A stretch of DNA of 64,000 nucleotides from Octopus sinensis (taxonomy: Eukaryota). The notes beneath the pieces were generated by a model, which saw only the letters and a program-made list of their open reading frames with translations, was not told the DNA's origin and did not search any database. The translations under genes were made by a program, and so were the position numbers. Within the stretch, counting starts at the first letter, position 1, and every line of letters starts with the position of its first letter. Below, piece by piece: positions 36,527 through 49,399 of this stretch. Where the stretch lies: contig NC_042999.1 of the NCBI RefSeq assembly GCF_006345805.1, forward strand, positions 24,366,001 to 24,430,000, written 5' to 3'.

Positions 36527-37028
36527 GTACATACCTACATATATATGTACTATATACATGCATATATGGCTACAGGACATTCCAGTAAGAGCAGTGTCTC
36601 AATGCCTTTACCCCACAGTTTGAAACGGATCATCAAGCAGAACAACAGAGCAAGCAGCAATGAGATCCTCGCTCCCGCGCAGATACTCGACGTCTTTATC
36701 CTATTGCAGCAACAATGCTTCCGCTTGTCAGACGGGAGGCTCCCAAAAGACTTGTATGGTGATCTAGTCTCCAGCAACAGAAACCTATGATGACCCCCAT
36801 TTTCTTTTCAAAGATGTCTCAAAATTGGAACTAGGCAAGGGTTTTAAAAAGATGAGCGATTAGACTGCGGTTCACGCGATGAGGAAAATAAAAAATCTGC
36901 ACCAGGACAAGATAAGCAGACAGAGCCTTCTTTAGCAGCCGGGATTACCACTTACAAGTGGGCTTTTAAAGAGCTCTGCTCCGCTAAAACCGAAGTCTTT
37001 CCTGGTAGAGAACTCATGTTCTCGCGAG

Positions 37029-37063
<35 letters not shown>

Positions 37064-37216
37064 AGAAAATGAGTAGAAATGGCTTTTCTGATAATTTTTC
37101 CTCTATTAAAGCGGAAAAATTATCAGAGAAGTAATTTTTGTTCATTTTTTCAAATATATATTGTACCAAGGACTTTCTACTTCTACTACTTCGTAGTAGA
37201 ATATATATATGGAATA

Positions 37217-37258
<42 letters not shown>

Positions 37259-37361
37259 TATATATATATCTATATATATATATATACACACACACACATA
37301 AACTTACTTGGAAAAGGATGCGTGACGTTCGATCATATAATGACATAAATAATTATATAAA

Positions 37362-37400
<39 letters not shown>

Positions 37401-37469
37401 TATATAGCATATATATTATATATATATGTAATATAACTACATATATGTACATACCTACATATATCTGTA

Positions 37470-37784
37470 TATACATGCATATAGGGCTCAGGACATCAAC
37501 AAAACGTTGAACAAAATGAGAAACGAAATCATAAAAACAAAAACATAGAAAACGAACTTTTTTCGAACAAAGAAAAAAACAGAGAAACGAGACATACAAC
37601 ACAAAGAATATTCCCCTTCATCAGTTGTCCCTGTTTCATCTACTCCGCATTACGAAGGCAAGGACAATACGCGACTTCATTGAAACAATCTTTCCCGCAA
37701 AGCAAATTAAATAAAATTTGGGATTTCGTTTCTCATTGTGTTCAACGTTTTTTTTTATGTCCTGTAGCCATATATGCATGTATA
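37470..37784. mobile_element. ~315-bp element with ~60-bp TIRs embedded in (TA)n
   Basis: tatacatgcatatagggctcaggacatc...aacgttgaacaaaatgagaaacgaaatc vs gatttcgtttctcattgtgttcaacg...atgtcctgtagccatatatgcatgtata; an isolated end at 36552-36581. Confidence 0.65.
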
Positions 37785-37817
37785 ATATACCATAATGCAT
37801 GTATATATAGCACACAC

Positions 37818-37887
<70 letters not shown>

Positions 37888-37888
37888 T

Positions 37889-37992
<104 letters not shown>

Positions 37993-38081
37993 TTTATTTA
38001 AAAGCATATTACTCTACCCCCCCGATTTTGAGTACTCTTTTTTCCACTTTGGTTCACATTTATGTGTTTACTCGGTGCGAA

Positions 38082-39700
38082 CCCCACGTACCCCCACCAT
38101 TTACTTCCTCCCCCCAAAATCCACAAACCCAACACCCTGGCCGCCCCATCTCTCCTCCGCCTGTAACTGCCCCACGGAGCTCATCTCTAAATACCTCGAC
38201 CGTGTCCTTGCCCCCCTAGTGGCATCTCTTCCCTCCCACATCACGATACCAACCATGCTCTCCGGCTTTTCAACTTTCTTCTCCTTTCCTCCCGCTCCTC
38301 CAAAATCCTTTTTACTATGGACATCCAAAGCCTCTATACTGTTATCCCTCACCACGAAGGACTGCAGGCCCTTCGACACTTTCTTGACCTCCTCCGCTCT
38401 AACCCTTACCTGACACCCCCACCTCCACACTCATTCGTCTGGCCGAACTTGTCCTTACTCTGAACTGCTTCTCGTTCGCGGGCGAGTTCTACCATCAGAT
38501 CTCGGGAGTGGCCATGGGAACGCGAATGGGCCCCCCACTATGCGAACCTGTTTCGTTGGCTATGTTGAGGCCCAAATATTCTCTAATTTCACTGGTCCCA
38601 CTCCTGAACTATATGGTCGATTATTGACGACATTATCGGTGCCACCCACTCACTCCAGCGAACATCTAGATTCCTTCCTCTCTTTCGTCCAATCTTTCCA
38701 TCCAGGCCTCCACTTCACTTCCACTATCTCCAACACCTCTGTCTCCTTCTCGACATTTCGGTAGCATTCTTCACTCCACTCTTACCACCTCCATTCACTA
38801 CAAACACACAGACTCACACTCATACCTCAACTTCTCTTCCTCCCACCCAGAACACACCAAGCTTTCCATCCCCTATTCCTTCCAATTCCTCCGTCTACGT
38901 AGGCTCTGTAGTGACGACCATGACTTTGAGACTCAGTCTCAACGTATGGCTCACCACTTCACCCTACGTGGATTACCCCCTCACCACTATCCACCCACAC
39001 CGCCCTGGCCAGAGCACGGTCCGTGGACCGTGTATCTGCTCTCTCTCCCCGAACCCGCCCTGTAGTCTCCCGCCTCCCTTTTCCCCTCACTTACCACCCC
39101 CACGACCCTACGTCTCCAACGCACCATTCTTCGAGCTTTCCGTCATCTCCAGTCCGACCCGTCCACTTCACACCTCTTCCCTAACCGACCCCTCCCCTCT
39201 TTCAAACGAGCCCACAACCTTCGAGACCTTTTGGTCCATAGCTCCTTCCCTGACCCTACCTCCCAACCCGGCTCGTTCCCTGCTCCCGCCCACGTTGCCG
39301 CACTTGCCCTTACCTCTCCAACACCACCCGCCTCACTAGCACCCACCATCGATCGACCCTATCCCATCATCCACTCCTTCACCTGCACCTCCAGCAATAT
39401 TATCTATTGCATCTCTTGCTCTCTCTGCAATTCCTTGTACATCGACAAACGGGACGCCGCTTGGCTGACCGGTTCGCGGAACACCTTCGTGACATCCACC
39501 TTGCGAACGACACAACGGTCTCACGCCATTTCCGCTCCACCGGTCACTCCTTGCAACACCTATCTGTGTTCGGTTTGTCCTTACACAGAGGCCATCCGGA
39601 TTCCCGTTTGCGCCGTGAACAGGATTAATCTTCTCTCTTCGCTCTTATACGCCATTTGGTCTCAACTCTCCCCCCTCCTCATCTAACCCCCCTCCCCCCC
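38082..39700 (+). mobile_element. Penelope-like element (Poseidon/Neptune-like) RT plus GIY-YIG endonuclease, 5'-truncated, frameshifted
   Basis: [50 protein letters not shown], ..IDD (~38620), FTCTSSNIIYCISCSLC, TGRRLADRFAEHL, VSRHF. Confidence 0.9.
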
Positions 39701-40657
39701 CCTCCTCCCCTATCCTTTCTCCCCCCCGACCCCTACTTCTTCAGTCCTTCATCCTTTCACCCCTACTCCCCTTCCCCTCTTTCCCTCTTTCTCCCTCCCT
39801 CTTCCCCTTCCTCTGCTCCCTCACTCCCTCTCTCCCTCCCCTCTCCCCCTCTCCCTCTTTCCTCCTTCATCCCCCTCCTCCCCTTCCTTCTCCCCATCCT
39901 CTCCTCTTCCCCTTCTCCTCCCCCTCTCTTCCCCTCCCTTCTCTCCCCCTTCTCTCCCCCCCCCCCCTTCTCCTCAAAACACCCCACCTGACTTTACACA
40001 TCACATCACATATGATGTGCCATACTAATACACACACACACCAACTAATACATACTAATACGTACTAATACATACTAGTACATACTAATACTTACACCAA
40101 CCCTATACATACACACGTCCAGACCCGCATACGCACTTATACTCTCTCACACACACACACACACCTATACATACCAATACGTACTAATACATACTAATAC
40201 ATACACCAACCCCATACATACGCACGTCCAGACCAATCCTACGCACTAATACTCTCTCATACACACACAACACACACACCCACACACACACACACACCCT
40301 ATACATACTAATACATCCACCAACCTATACATACACACATCCAGACCCCTCCCACGCACTTTTAGCTGGTCCCTCAACCCTTTTATCAACCCTATTATCT
40401 CCCCTTATTTCGCTCTCGCGTCTCATGTTTGATCTTTGACCTCTGGCCGAAATCAGATCGCCATGTTGATTCGTTAGCTACTGCACGCATTTTTTTTCTC
40501 TCCTCTTTCTGTGTTTTTCTCTCTCTGTGTATCTTTCTGTTGAAGAGCGTAGGCCCGAAACGTTAAAGACTTGTTTTATTTATATTTCCTGAGCGCCATA
40601 CTAATACAAGTTCGTTTGTTTTCGTCTTTGTATTTCATAAAGCTTCCCCCTGTTTTG

Positions 40658-40660
<3 letters not shown>
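39690..40660 (+). mobile_element. PLE 3' region/pLTR: C-rich tract, AC-rich repeats, hammerhead-like motif
   Basis: Polypyrimidine 39690-39990, (catactaata)-type repeats, then the pLTR-like segment shared with 45130-45380. Confidence 0.65.
40532..40569 (+). ncRNA. Minimal hammerhead-like motif, A6U core
   Basis: TCTTT-CTGTTGA-A-GAGC-gtag-GCCC-GAAA-CGT-T-AAAGA. Confidence 0.45.
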
Positions 40661-40693
<33 letters not shown>

Positions 40694-40699
40694 ATATAT

Positions 40700-40734
<35 letters not shown>

Positions 40735-40735
40735 C

Positions 40736-41730
40736 TGTAGCGTACCCTTAGGGAAATTCCTCTCTCTCTCTCACTCTGTTATATATACATAAATAAGGAC
40801 GTAGTGAATAACAGCTAGCCTTCAGCCGCCCTTTTGGTCCCTGTTGTGTCCACTACTCTGATTGATTGGTATTGGCGCAAATTGTCTCTTGCTCTATTGC
40901 GCACCAATATGCAACCCAACCAATCGCAGCCTTCTGATATGGTCACGTGAGACAGTCTCTTCTAAACTTCCGGTGAGCCGATAACACGCTATAAAATATA
41001 GCTTCACTCCGTCTCGATGTCTTTCAGTTCCAGACCTTTAAGGTCTAGCCACTGACCACACAAGACACAGCTAGTTCCAGCGACAACACAATGCAGCCAC
41101 ATGGAGACTCATCAACTTCGCCCAGCAGCATTCAGGACTTCCATCTCCGTCGCCATCATCTTCTTAACGTCGTCAACAACATCTCTCCACGTACGCAGCA
41201 ACCAGCAACCCTCACACAGGTCTAGCTCAACACCGTTTGTGAATTACTTCACAATGGTTAGCAGCAAATACAACCTGCGAGAACTTCCTGTATTAAGTTA
41301 CCGGCTGCAGCATAGTAGCCACAACTTCTTATACGACATGTGCCTCAAATGGCTCTGCATTGCAGCCACAACTTCTTGTTACAGCACTTCAACTATCGTG
41401 TACTTTCACTACGAACTGGTATTTATCATACTTGTGTCTGGACATTCTTCTTACGTCATATTATAAACTCTTTCAATGCTTTGTACTTAATGCACACACA
41501 TACACTTTGCATACATAATGGCCTGTCTATTATCATGTATATATGACGCATGCACACACATACACATGTTAACATATAAATAAAATCTTCTCTTAAACAT
41601 TCTACCCGGTTGTGTCTCTCCTTTCCTTCTGGCACTTATACGCATTTATTCTTTTTTGCATTTATTGTATCGACTGTGTGGTGTACTAAAGGAGCCATTC
41701 TCGTCACCTCTCCTTCGCATGGTCGTTTAC
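40736..41730 (+). mobile_element. LTR-like element (possible solo LTR)
   Basis: TGTAGCGTACC ... GGTCGTTTACA termini, AATAAA at ~41578, CCAAT motifs; no matching TSD; first ~250 bp repeated at 36145-36392. Confidence 0.4.
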
Positions 41731-41876
41731 ATACTTATATTACACAGACCACACACAAACACACACACACACACACACACCACATACCACATATATATAT
41801 ATATATTATAATATATATATATATATATATATATTTCTATAATTCTCTCTAAAGGAGACTACGGCAGCGGTACCGA

Positions 41877-42216
41877 ATATTAATAGTTATCGCCAAGCTA
41901 ACATGGCAGTCCAGAAAAATAGGACGAATGCTGTCGTTGATTAGCTCCAAGAGGCCATCGTCTCTAGCTAGCTATGTGACACACGAACCTGTGTCCATTA
42001 TAACCTTCGAACAGGGGAGGTTAGCCGCTTCCCCTTGCTGGCCTGGCATCTACAGTCTAGTTTCAGGGTATACCTTCCCTGTTCGAAGGTTATAATGGAC
42101 ACAGGTTCACGTGTCACATAGCTAGCTAGAGGCGATGGCCTCTTGGAACTAATCAACGACAGCATTCGTTCTATTTTTCTGAACTGCCATGTTAGCTTGG
42201 TGATAACTATTAATAT
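41877..42216. repeat. Fold-back with ~145-bp arms and 50-bp spacer
   Basis: 41877-42021 is the reverse complement of 42072-42216 with a few substitutions. Confidence 0.9.
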
Positions 42217-42312
42217 CCTTCTTTCCTTCCTTCCTGTGCGTCCAATAATACTATATTTGTTCCACGTCCTCGCGTTGTTGTGTTTTCTCTTTGTGTTTTC
42301 ATATTTGGATTA

Positions 42313-42348
<36 letters not shown>

Positions 42349-42566
42349 ACCAAATAAGTTAGGGGTTGTGGATCCAACCCACTAAGGGATAATACTTATC
42401 CAATATATTGTTGGTATAATACCCAAATTATTAATACACAAGTGTTTTTAATTGCAATGCAATGAACTCACTTATTGTATTAAATGGGTGAAGGTAAAGA
42501 AATATTTTACCATCAATTTATATTACAAATAAGGAAATGGAGAAACACTTTGAATTTTATACTGTA

Positions 42567-42961
42567 CTAGCAGTATCGCCCGGCGTTGCTCGGGTTTGTA
42601 AGGGAAATAATTATATAAGCATTTTTAGAGATGTAAAGTATAATAGCCATCTCAATATGGCTAACCACAAAGGGGGAGGGGTGTTACTGTAGCTTTTACG
42701 TTCTGAGATTTAAAATAAATAATTTTAGAGAGTTACTTCCCTTATATATGTCAAAAATGGATTAAAAATGGGAAAAATTGATGGTAAATTTTTTTTTAAA
42801 TCGTAGACTCATCGTAGACGCGCGCTAATACCCAGACGGTCTCGATATGAATCACGACTATAGAGATACCGGTTTGGTTAAACTGCACCGCAAAATGTGG
42901 GAGTAGTTAGGAATCTAAATCGTAGGAGACAGACACACAACCTCACTTTTTTATATAAAGA
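42567..42961 (-). mobile_element. Non-autonomous Helitron family H1
   Basis: Reverse complement of 10582-10973 with TC and CTAG termini and hairpin. Confidence 0.85.
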
Positions 42962-43062
42962 TTCCTCTATTTACATAATATTGAGGTCTCTTTCTTTCTT
43001 TTGTTATCTTACTGTTTTTACCAATATACAATATTATATATATATATATAATATATATATAG

Positions 43063-43383
43063 TTACAGAGATGTACTTGCATAGCAAGTGACTTGATCTG
43101 AGATCGTGTGCTGGAACGAAAACAGTTGCAGCGTTGAAGGTGTTTATAAGCCATTTAAGAAACACACAAAAACCGTTAGATTCACTTCAACATTTAAATA
43201 AATTTGTCAAAATATTTTCGTCGCTTTGAGACCGCGACCTGTTAGCACGATATTTTTGTCAGTGAACAGGTCGCGGTCTCAAAGCGACGAAAATATTTTG
43301 GCAAATTAAATTTAAATGTTGAAGTGAATGTAACGGTTTTTGTGTGTTTCTTAAATGGCTTACAAACACCTTCCACGCTGCAA
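43063..43383 (+). mobile_element. Asymmetric fold-back element, copy 2
   Basis: ~63-bp extension then inverted arms 43126-43383 (central deletion); flanked by (TA)n. Confidence 0.7.
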
Positions 43384-43439
43384 TATATATATACACACAT
43401 ATATATATATGTATGTATGTATGTATGTGTGTATATGTG

Positions 43440-43870
43440 TATGCATGTATGTGTGTGTGTGTGCGTGTCTGTGCTTGTGATTGTCCTCCACCACTGCTTG
43501 ACAACGAATGTTGGTTTGTTTACATCCCTGTCACCTAGTGGTTTGACAAAGGAAACAGAATAAGTACAATGCTTACAAAAATAAAACTGGAGTTGATTCA
43601 TTAAACTACAATTCTTCAAGGCATTGCCCCAGCATGGCCACAGAGCAATGCTGGAAAAAGCAGAGAAGAATAAAAGAATTGAGTGGGACCTCTACATGGT
43701 AGCTAGACCTGGTAGAAATAGCAGCAAAATTTCCCCCAAATCACACCTTACTGTCTTATCTATGTATATATGTATGTATGAGCCTATGAGGGAGACCCCT
43801 ACATGGCAGTTAGACATGGTAGAAATAGCAGCCAAATCTCCCTCAAATCACACCTTACTGTCTTATCTTT
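43440..43870 (+). mobile_element. Degenerate SINE remnants (family B 3' half and two gtagaaatagcagc...aaatcacacc fragments)
   Basis: Motif also at ~46885, ~47105 and ~61165. Confidence 0.5.
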
Positions 43871-43960
43871 CTGCTACTTGGATATAGGTGTTATATTCGT
43901 CTAAAAAAACTTTCCTGTCACACACTCACGCACACACACACACACACTCGCACCGTCACA

Positions 43961-43992
<32 letters not shown>

Positions 43993-44481
43993 GACTCACA
44001 CACACGCACGTTAGCTTACAATTTTATTTATATATTTGCGTGTGTATGTGTGGAAAGAAGAAGTGGGAGGCAGAGTGAAAGAATCACTCACTACAGTAAG
44101 TGAATTAGTTTCATTTTATTCGTTGCCCACTGTGTATGTGCGTTTGCGTGTGGTGTAAACCAGACTAAGAAAAGCATTTGACACACACACCAGAATGTGA
44201 GTTTTCTGTAAATTTTGCTTAATTGGAGTTTAAATTTTAAAAACTGGACCTGGCATGACGCGATGCATCGTACTCTTAAAAATGCGAGGTAAATTGTAAT
44301 TGAAGAAATCCTATATTGTAGATTTGTATAACTCCCAAAGGAAGGCAGATAAAATCTGCCTTTTATAATAAGAGATATATATCCTAAAGTTGATAGAGCA
44401 ACTAATGTGTTTCTCCATTTCCTTGTGTTTTTTGTATCGTCTTCTAAATGTTTTACGTTCTTGTCCCAGTTTGTATTCTCT

Positions 44482-44559
<78 letters not shown>

Positions 44560-45380
44560 TATATTCTTCTCGCCCTTTGCGTCACATGGGCTCAATTCTT
44601 CATCTAACCTCCTCCCCCCTCACACCTACATCCTCCCATCCACCTCTCCTCTCTTACGCCGACTCCTACTTCTTCCCTTCACTTCTACTCTCCTTCTTTC
44701 TTCTTTTCCCTCCTACCCACCTTTTCTTCTCTTCACACCTACCCACCTTCTCTTTCCTCCCTTCATCGTCACCCCTCCCTCGTAAGCCCACTCCCACCTT
44801 CCCCCATCCCATGCCACCCCACCCACACCTACAAACCTCACTTTTACTCCCACGCCCCACCTCTACCCCACCCTCAGCCTAACCCACACCCCATCCTTGC
44901 TTTTCCCACTCCCGCCTCCCCCACCTTCCAACACCATCACACCACACCACACACCATACACCACACACCATACACCACCATAGCAACACACCACCACCCA
45001 CACATCAGCACTGACCACTTCCCAGATCGACATTTTCACACCTAACACATACACACACGAACACGTCAAGATCACCAGCCCTCTTCCACACGCCCATACA
45101 AACTCTCTTATACATACGCACGCACACCTTCGTTTTGGGGTCACCACCACTTTGTTATATCCCCTTCTCCCAAGCTCTCCCGTGTGACCCTTCGATCCGG
45201 CCTTCGGTATGATAGATCGCTAACCACTACACGTTCTTTATTTTCTCTCCTTGTTTCTTTCTGTGGAAGAGCGTAGGCTCGACACGTTAGACTTTTTCAC
45301 TTCCCGAGCGTTATACTAATACATCTCTTTGTTATATACACCACCTGACTTCGTCTCTTTTTTTTGTGAATTCACCCTAT
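44560..45380 (+). mobile_element. Second PLE 3' end/pLTR
   Basis: Starts with the last GIY-YIG codons (...HGLNSSSN), C-rich tract, then gaagagcgtaggctcg...gagcgttatactaatac shared with 40540-40610. Confidence 0.65.
45256..45291 (+). ncRNA. Degenerate hammerhead-like motif, A6U core, GAAA changed to GACA
   Basis: TCTTT-CTGTGGA-A-GAGC-gtag-GCTC-GACA-CGT-T-AGA. Confidence 0.3.
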
Positions 45381-45525
45381 ATTATATATATATATATATG
45401 TATGTATATAGGCCTAGCCGCTTAGCCAGCGGGGTGGCGTCATTTGAAGGCTAAAAAAATACAATGCGAAACGCACTGTGACCAGTGATGTGTAACAGCA
45501 TCTGATAGCCTGGTCGGTCACGGTG

Positions 45526-45559
<34 letters not shown>

Positions 45560-45785
45560 GTATATACATACACGCATAAGGATAAGCATATTAAAACGGA
45601 TCCGTGTGAAAACTCATTCAAATAAAATAGTCGGGAAACACTACTACATATATATATATATATATAATTATCAATAATAATAAAGGGTGAAATTAATTAA
45701 TTTGGAATAATCATTAATTTCACCGAGTAGAGTTCGGCATGTAAAAACCCCATTCAAGGAAGGTTTAAGTAATACTAAGTAATTA

Positions 45786-46254
45786 AGGGTTTAGCAACGA
45801 TTTGCCTCACCACACACCGAATTTAGAAATAGCAGTCAAAGAGTTTTGGCTATTCTTTCTACTTAAAAGAGAGAGAGCTAGCTTCAAATTATTCTCCGTC
45901 TTCCGTATCAATCATTTAATATATACATATATATATATATATATTATGCTTGTACATATACATATATATGTGTGTGTGTTGAAGAATGTTAATTCAATTT
46001 CTTTGGCTTTGCAACACCAGCCAACAATGACAAATATCCACATAAACATCCAACTATCAATGCATCCACACAAAACAAGGCTTATCACTACATAAGACTC
46101 AGTAATTGAGGGTTTAGCAACGATTTGCCTCACCACACACCGAATTTAGAAATAGCAGTCAAAGAGTTTTGGCTATTCTTTCTACTTAAAAGTAGATATA
46201 TAAAGAGAGAGAGAGAGCTAGCTTCAAATTACTCTCCGTCTTCCGTATAAATCA

Positions 46255-46323
<69 letters not shown>

Positions 46324-46465
46324 ATATGCTTGTACATATATGTGTGTGTGTTGAAGAGTGGTAATTCAATTTCTTGGCTTTGCAACACCAGCCAACAATG
46401 ACAAATATCCACATAAACATCAAATGCATCCAACAAAACAAGGTTTATCACTACATAAGACTCAG
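45786..46465 (+). repeat. Tandem duplication of a ~325-355-bp repeat unit
   Basis: gggtttagcaacgatttgcctcaccacacaccg at ~45787 and ~46111; lengths differ by internal microsatellites. Confidence 0.9.
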
Positions 46466-46825
46466 TCAGTCAGCCGCTGTTTAGTAGTAAAAACGGATGA
46501 CTGCTCCTACAAGTCTGAGGCGGTAACAATGTTTTACTTGGACGTCATGAGTTGATCCATCTATATTTATATATATATATATATACATATATATACATAT
46601 GTGTATGTATATATATATATGGATATATATACCCACACACAGACACATATATATGTCTATGTCAACTTGTTGAAATTCAAAACCCACAAAAAATTTAAAC
46701 AGTTAAGTATGTTTCCTATCTCTTTTGCAATTAACCATGTACTTATAAAACATATACGTACGTATTCATTGCTTATATCTTTATATCTCTGTGTATAGTG
46801 TTTTTTTTCACTTTTAAGTTCAATA

Positions 46826-47250
46826 TTTAGTGTATTCACCTCCCAAACCTTAATCCATATCGCACACGAGCCTATACGCAGTCGCTCGGTCTGCTAGAAA
46901 TAGCAGCTAAATCTAGCTCAAATCACACCTTCCCGTCTTTAAAAAGGAATATTAAGTAATGTAGACCTCGGTATAATACTATATAATACTATATTTGAGT
47001 ATAAGATGCGATGGCCATGGATAGAACGCATGTAATCATACTATTTTAGTGTATTGACCTCCCAAACCTAATCCATATCGCACACGAGCCTATACGCAGT
47101 CGCTCGGTCTGCTAGAAATAGCAGCTAAATCTAGCTCAAATCACACCTTCCCGTCTTTAAAAAGGAATATTAAGTAATGTAGACCTCGGTATAATACTAT
47201 ATTTGAGTATAAGATGCGATGGTCATGGATAGAACGCCTGTAATCATACT
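46826..47250 (+). repeat. Tandem duplication of a ~220-bp unit
   Basis: tttagtgtatt(c/g)acctcccaaacct...gatagaacgc(a/c)tgtaatcatact twice, near identical. Confidence 0.9.
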
Positions 47251-48849
47251 CTGCTGGATCAGGGGTGATCTGACTAAACACTAACGCACTAAACCTTTGT
47301 GGTGTGATTTACAAGATGTTTTCTTTGACTCATACTCACATGTTAACGAACTATTGTCATAAGACTACATATATTTAGTTAAGGATTTTGTTTGAAGCTT
47401 ACTATGTGTTATATACACGCCGACCTATGTGTATACATTCAGGTATATTAGGGGGGGTTGTGCTTTAATAGGTGGTGGCTAAGTTCTATAAGAAATTGAT
47501 TGTACAACCAAATTTCAGTACTAAATTAGAACCCCTTTCTCTTCTGTTATTGTCTGTGTGGCTATGGAAAGAATATAATAAACATGGTACGATCCTGCCG
47601 TTAATAACTTTCAATTTCTGTGCACAATGTCTATGATATAAAGGGTGTATATCGACCTTGAACATTTCTTTATTCTTTCACTTTCTCTAATTATTATCGT
47701 TCGTAATCCGATTCATTTACACAACTGTTATCATTTTAGGAAGCATCAACATTACTATAATTTATTTTTACTCCTACACTCTTCTAAAATATCACACCTA
47801 GAATTTGAGATGACCCCCATCCATAAATATGTGTTGTACTATTATACTTTAATACTATGATGTTAGTCCGATGTTTCACTTGTTTTAAGTTCAAACCTCG
47901 AATGGTGTCAACAATGTAATGTGATTCTAGTAATTAAATTTATACGAAAACCAGTTAACAATAATAGATTGTAACACCCGAATGTAACAGAATTTATGAT
48001 ATTAAATGCATCGACTAGTGACAAAATAATCCACATTTAATACTTATTATTTAATTAAGCTTACAACGAATTTAATGAGCTCTGGAACTCATTGAGGCCC
48101 AGGAGGAAATTCGTGGACCCACGGGATAATACACTACTCACAGATGATTATTGAGAATATTTGTATGAGGATGAAGATAAAATTTAGAAGTGCTTATTTT
48201 TGTGTCTTTCATGAAGATATATTTTGGTTCTTCTCTCTCCACCAAAGTCTAAGCTTGTTGAAGATCTCAGAACCTTTCAAATATTGCTTCATATTTTTTA
48301 TCACTGTTAATACATTTCGCCACTAATCAGTAGTTTAATTAAGAAGTTATTAAAAAGGTGTGTGTATGTATATAAATAGATGCGTATTTGAAGAAAACAA
48401 TGAATAGAAATAACTTTTCTGATATTTTTTTCACTTAAATAATTATACGTTTATGAATTATTAGGTGTTTACAAATCGTAAATCTGTTGTGAATTTCTCA
48501 CTTGAAAGCGGTTTTCAAACTGATATTTTAGAGTTTCTTATCCATTGTATAGCTAGGGTTGTTGAACAACGAATACACACACACACACACACACACCTTA
48601 TAATCAGATACACAAACACACATGCATGTGTTTGTGTATCTGTATATAGGTGTTTGTATGTTTATACACACGTATGTGTATGTATAACACAAAATGCACA
48701 ATGATGAAATACAGGTTTTGTGCCTGGGAGAAGCACTACTGACACTACCTTTATAATCAGGAGACATATTTGACTAAAAATAAATTGGACTAAAAAATAA
48801 ACCATTGCACTTGGAATTTGTTTATTTAACCCTGCTGTGCGATGTGTTG

Positions 48850-48925
48850 GCCTGGGAGGAAGTTAGGAGTAGATGAGTGGCTTGTGAAAGCTGTACAGGC
48901 CTTATACAGAGATTCTGTCTGTACT
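48850..48925 (+). mobile_element. Tiny RTE RT fragment
   Basis: RKLGVDEWLVKAVQALYRDS. Confidence 0.55.
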
Positions 48926-48929
48926 ATTG

Positions 48930-49390
48930 TCTTTTTTTTTTTAATATATTTTATTTAACGTAATTTTATTCAATGTTCAGTAAACAGAATTCCTCTAATA
49001 ATACAAATAAACAATGGTTTTACCATACAGATGTAGACAGGTACACTCCAGAATAAGGTGGGAATTAAGTCCATAGCGTTGATGAGACATAGTTTGGTAA
49101 ACTTTTGAATGGATAGAAAAGTGGTTTGTATTTCGTCCTTTGTTGAAGGATTGCATAAATAAATAAATTTTTTATAAAAATGCTACTATTTACTAGTGGA
49201 TTCTCTGACAAAATGAAATTTTTACCTAACACTAAGCTTAAGAAATACTTAGCTCAGCTGCATCCTAAATCTAAACATACAGAGGTTATCCACAGTGCAC
49301 CTGGCTCTAATGTAGACACCTATCCTGCTAACAACAGCAACTACCAGCCCAACATTACATCATGCCGTAAGTGTATTTAGAGACATTGTG
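48930..49390 (-). mobile_element. Probable L1-like LINE 3' end with poly-A
   Basis: T10 on plus strand at ~48932 preceded (minus strand) by aataaa and a decayed coding-like stretch. Confidence 0.35.
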
Positions 49391-49399
49391 CCATCAAGG

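Noticed and set aside
37560-37660. CTGATGA on the minus strand (37618-37624) as a hammerhead
   Set aside because: No GAAA box and no stem I/III could be assembled around it
39656-39991. Pro/Ser/Leu-rich and Gly/Glu/Arg-rich ORFs (also 44390-44882)
   Set aside because: Translations of the C/T low-complexity tract in the PLE 3' region
45483-45530. Small structured RNA (gaccag/ctggtc and cactgtgacc/ggtcacggtg pairings)
   Set aside because: Pairings are mutually exclusive, match no ribozyme core I can identify, and occur once
46486-46538. Degenerate hammerhead (CGGATGA ... GAGGC within a closing stem)
   Set aside because: Both conserved boxes are mutated and stem II does not pair
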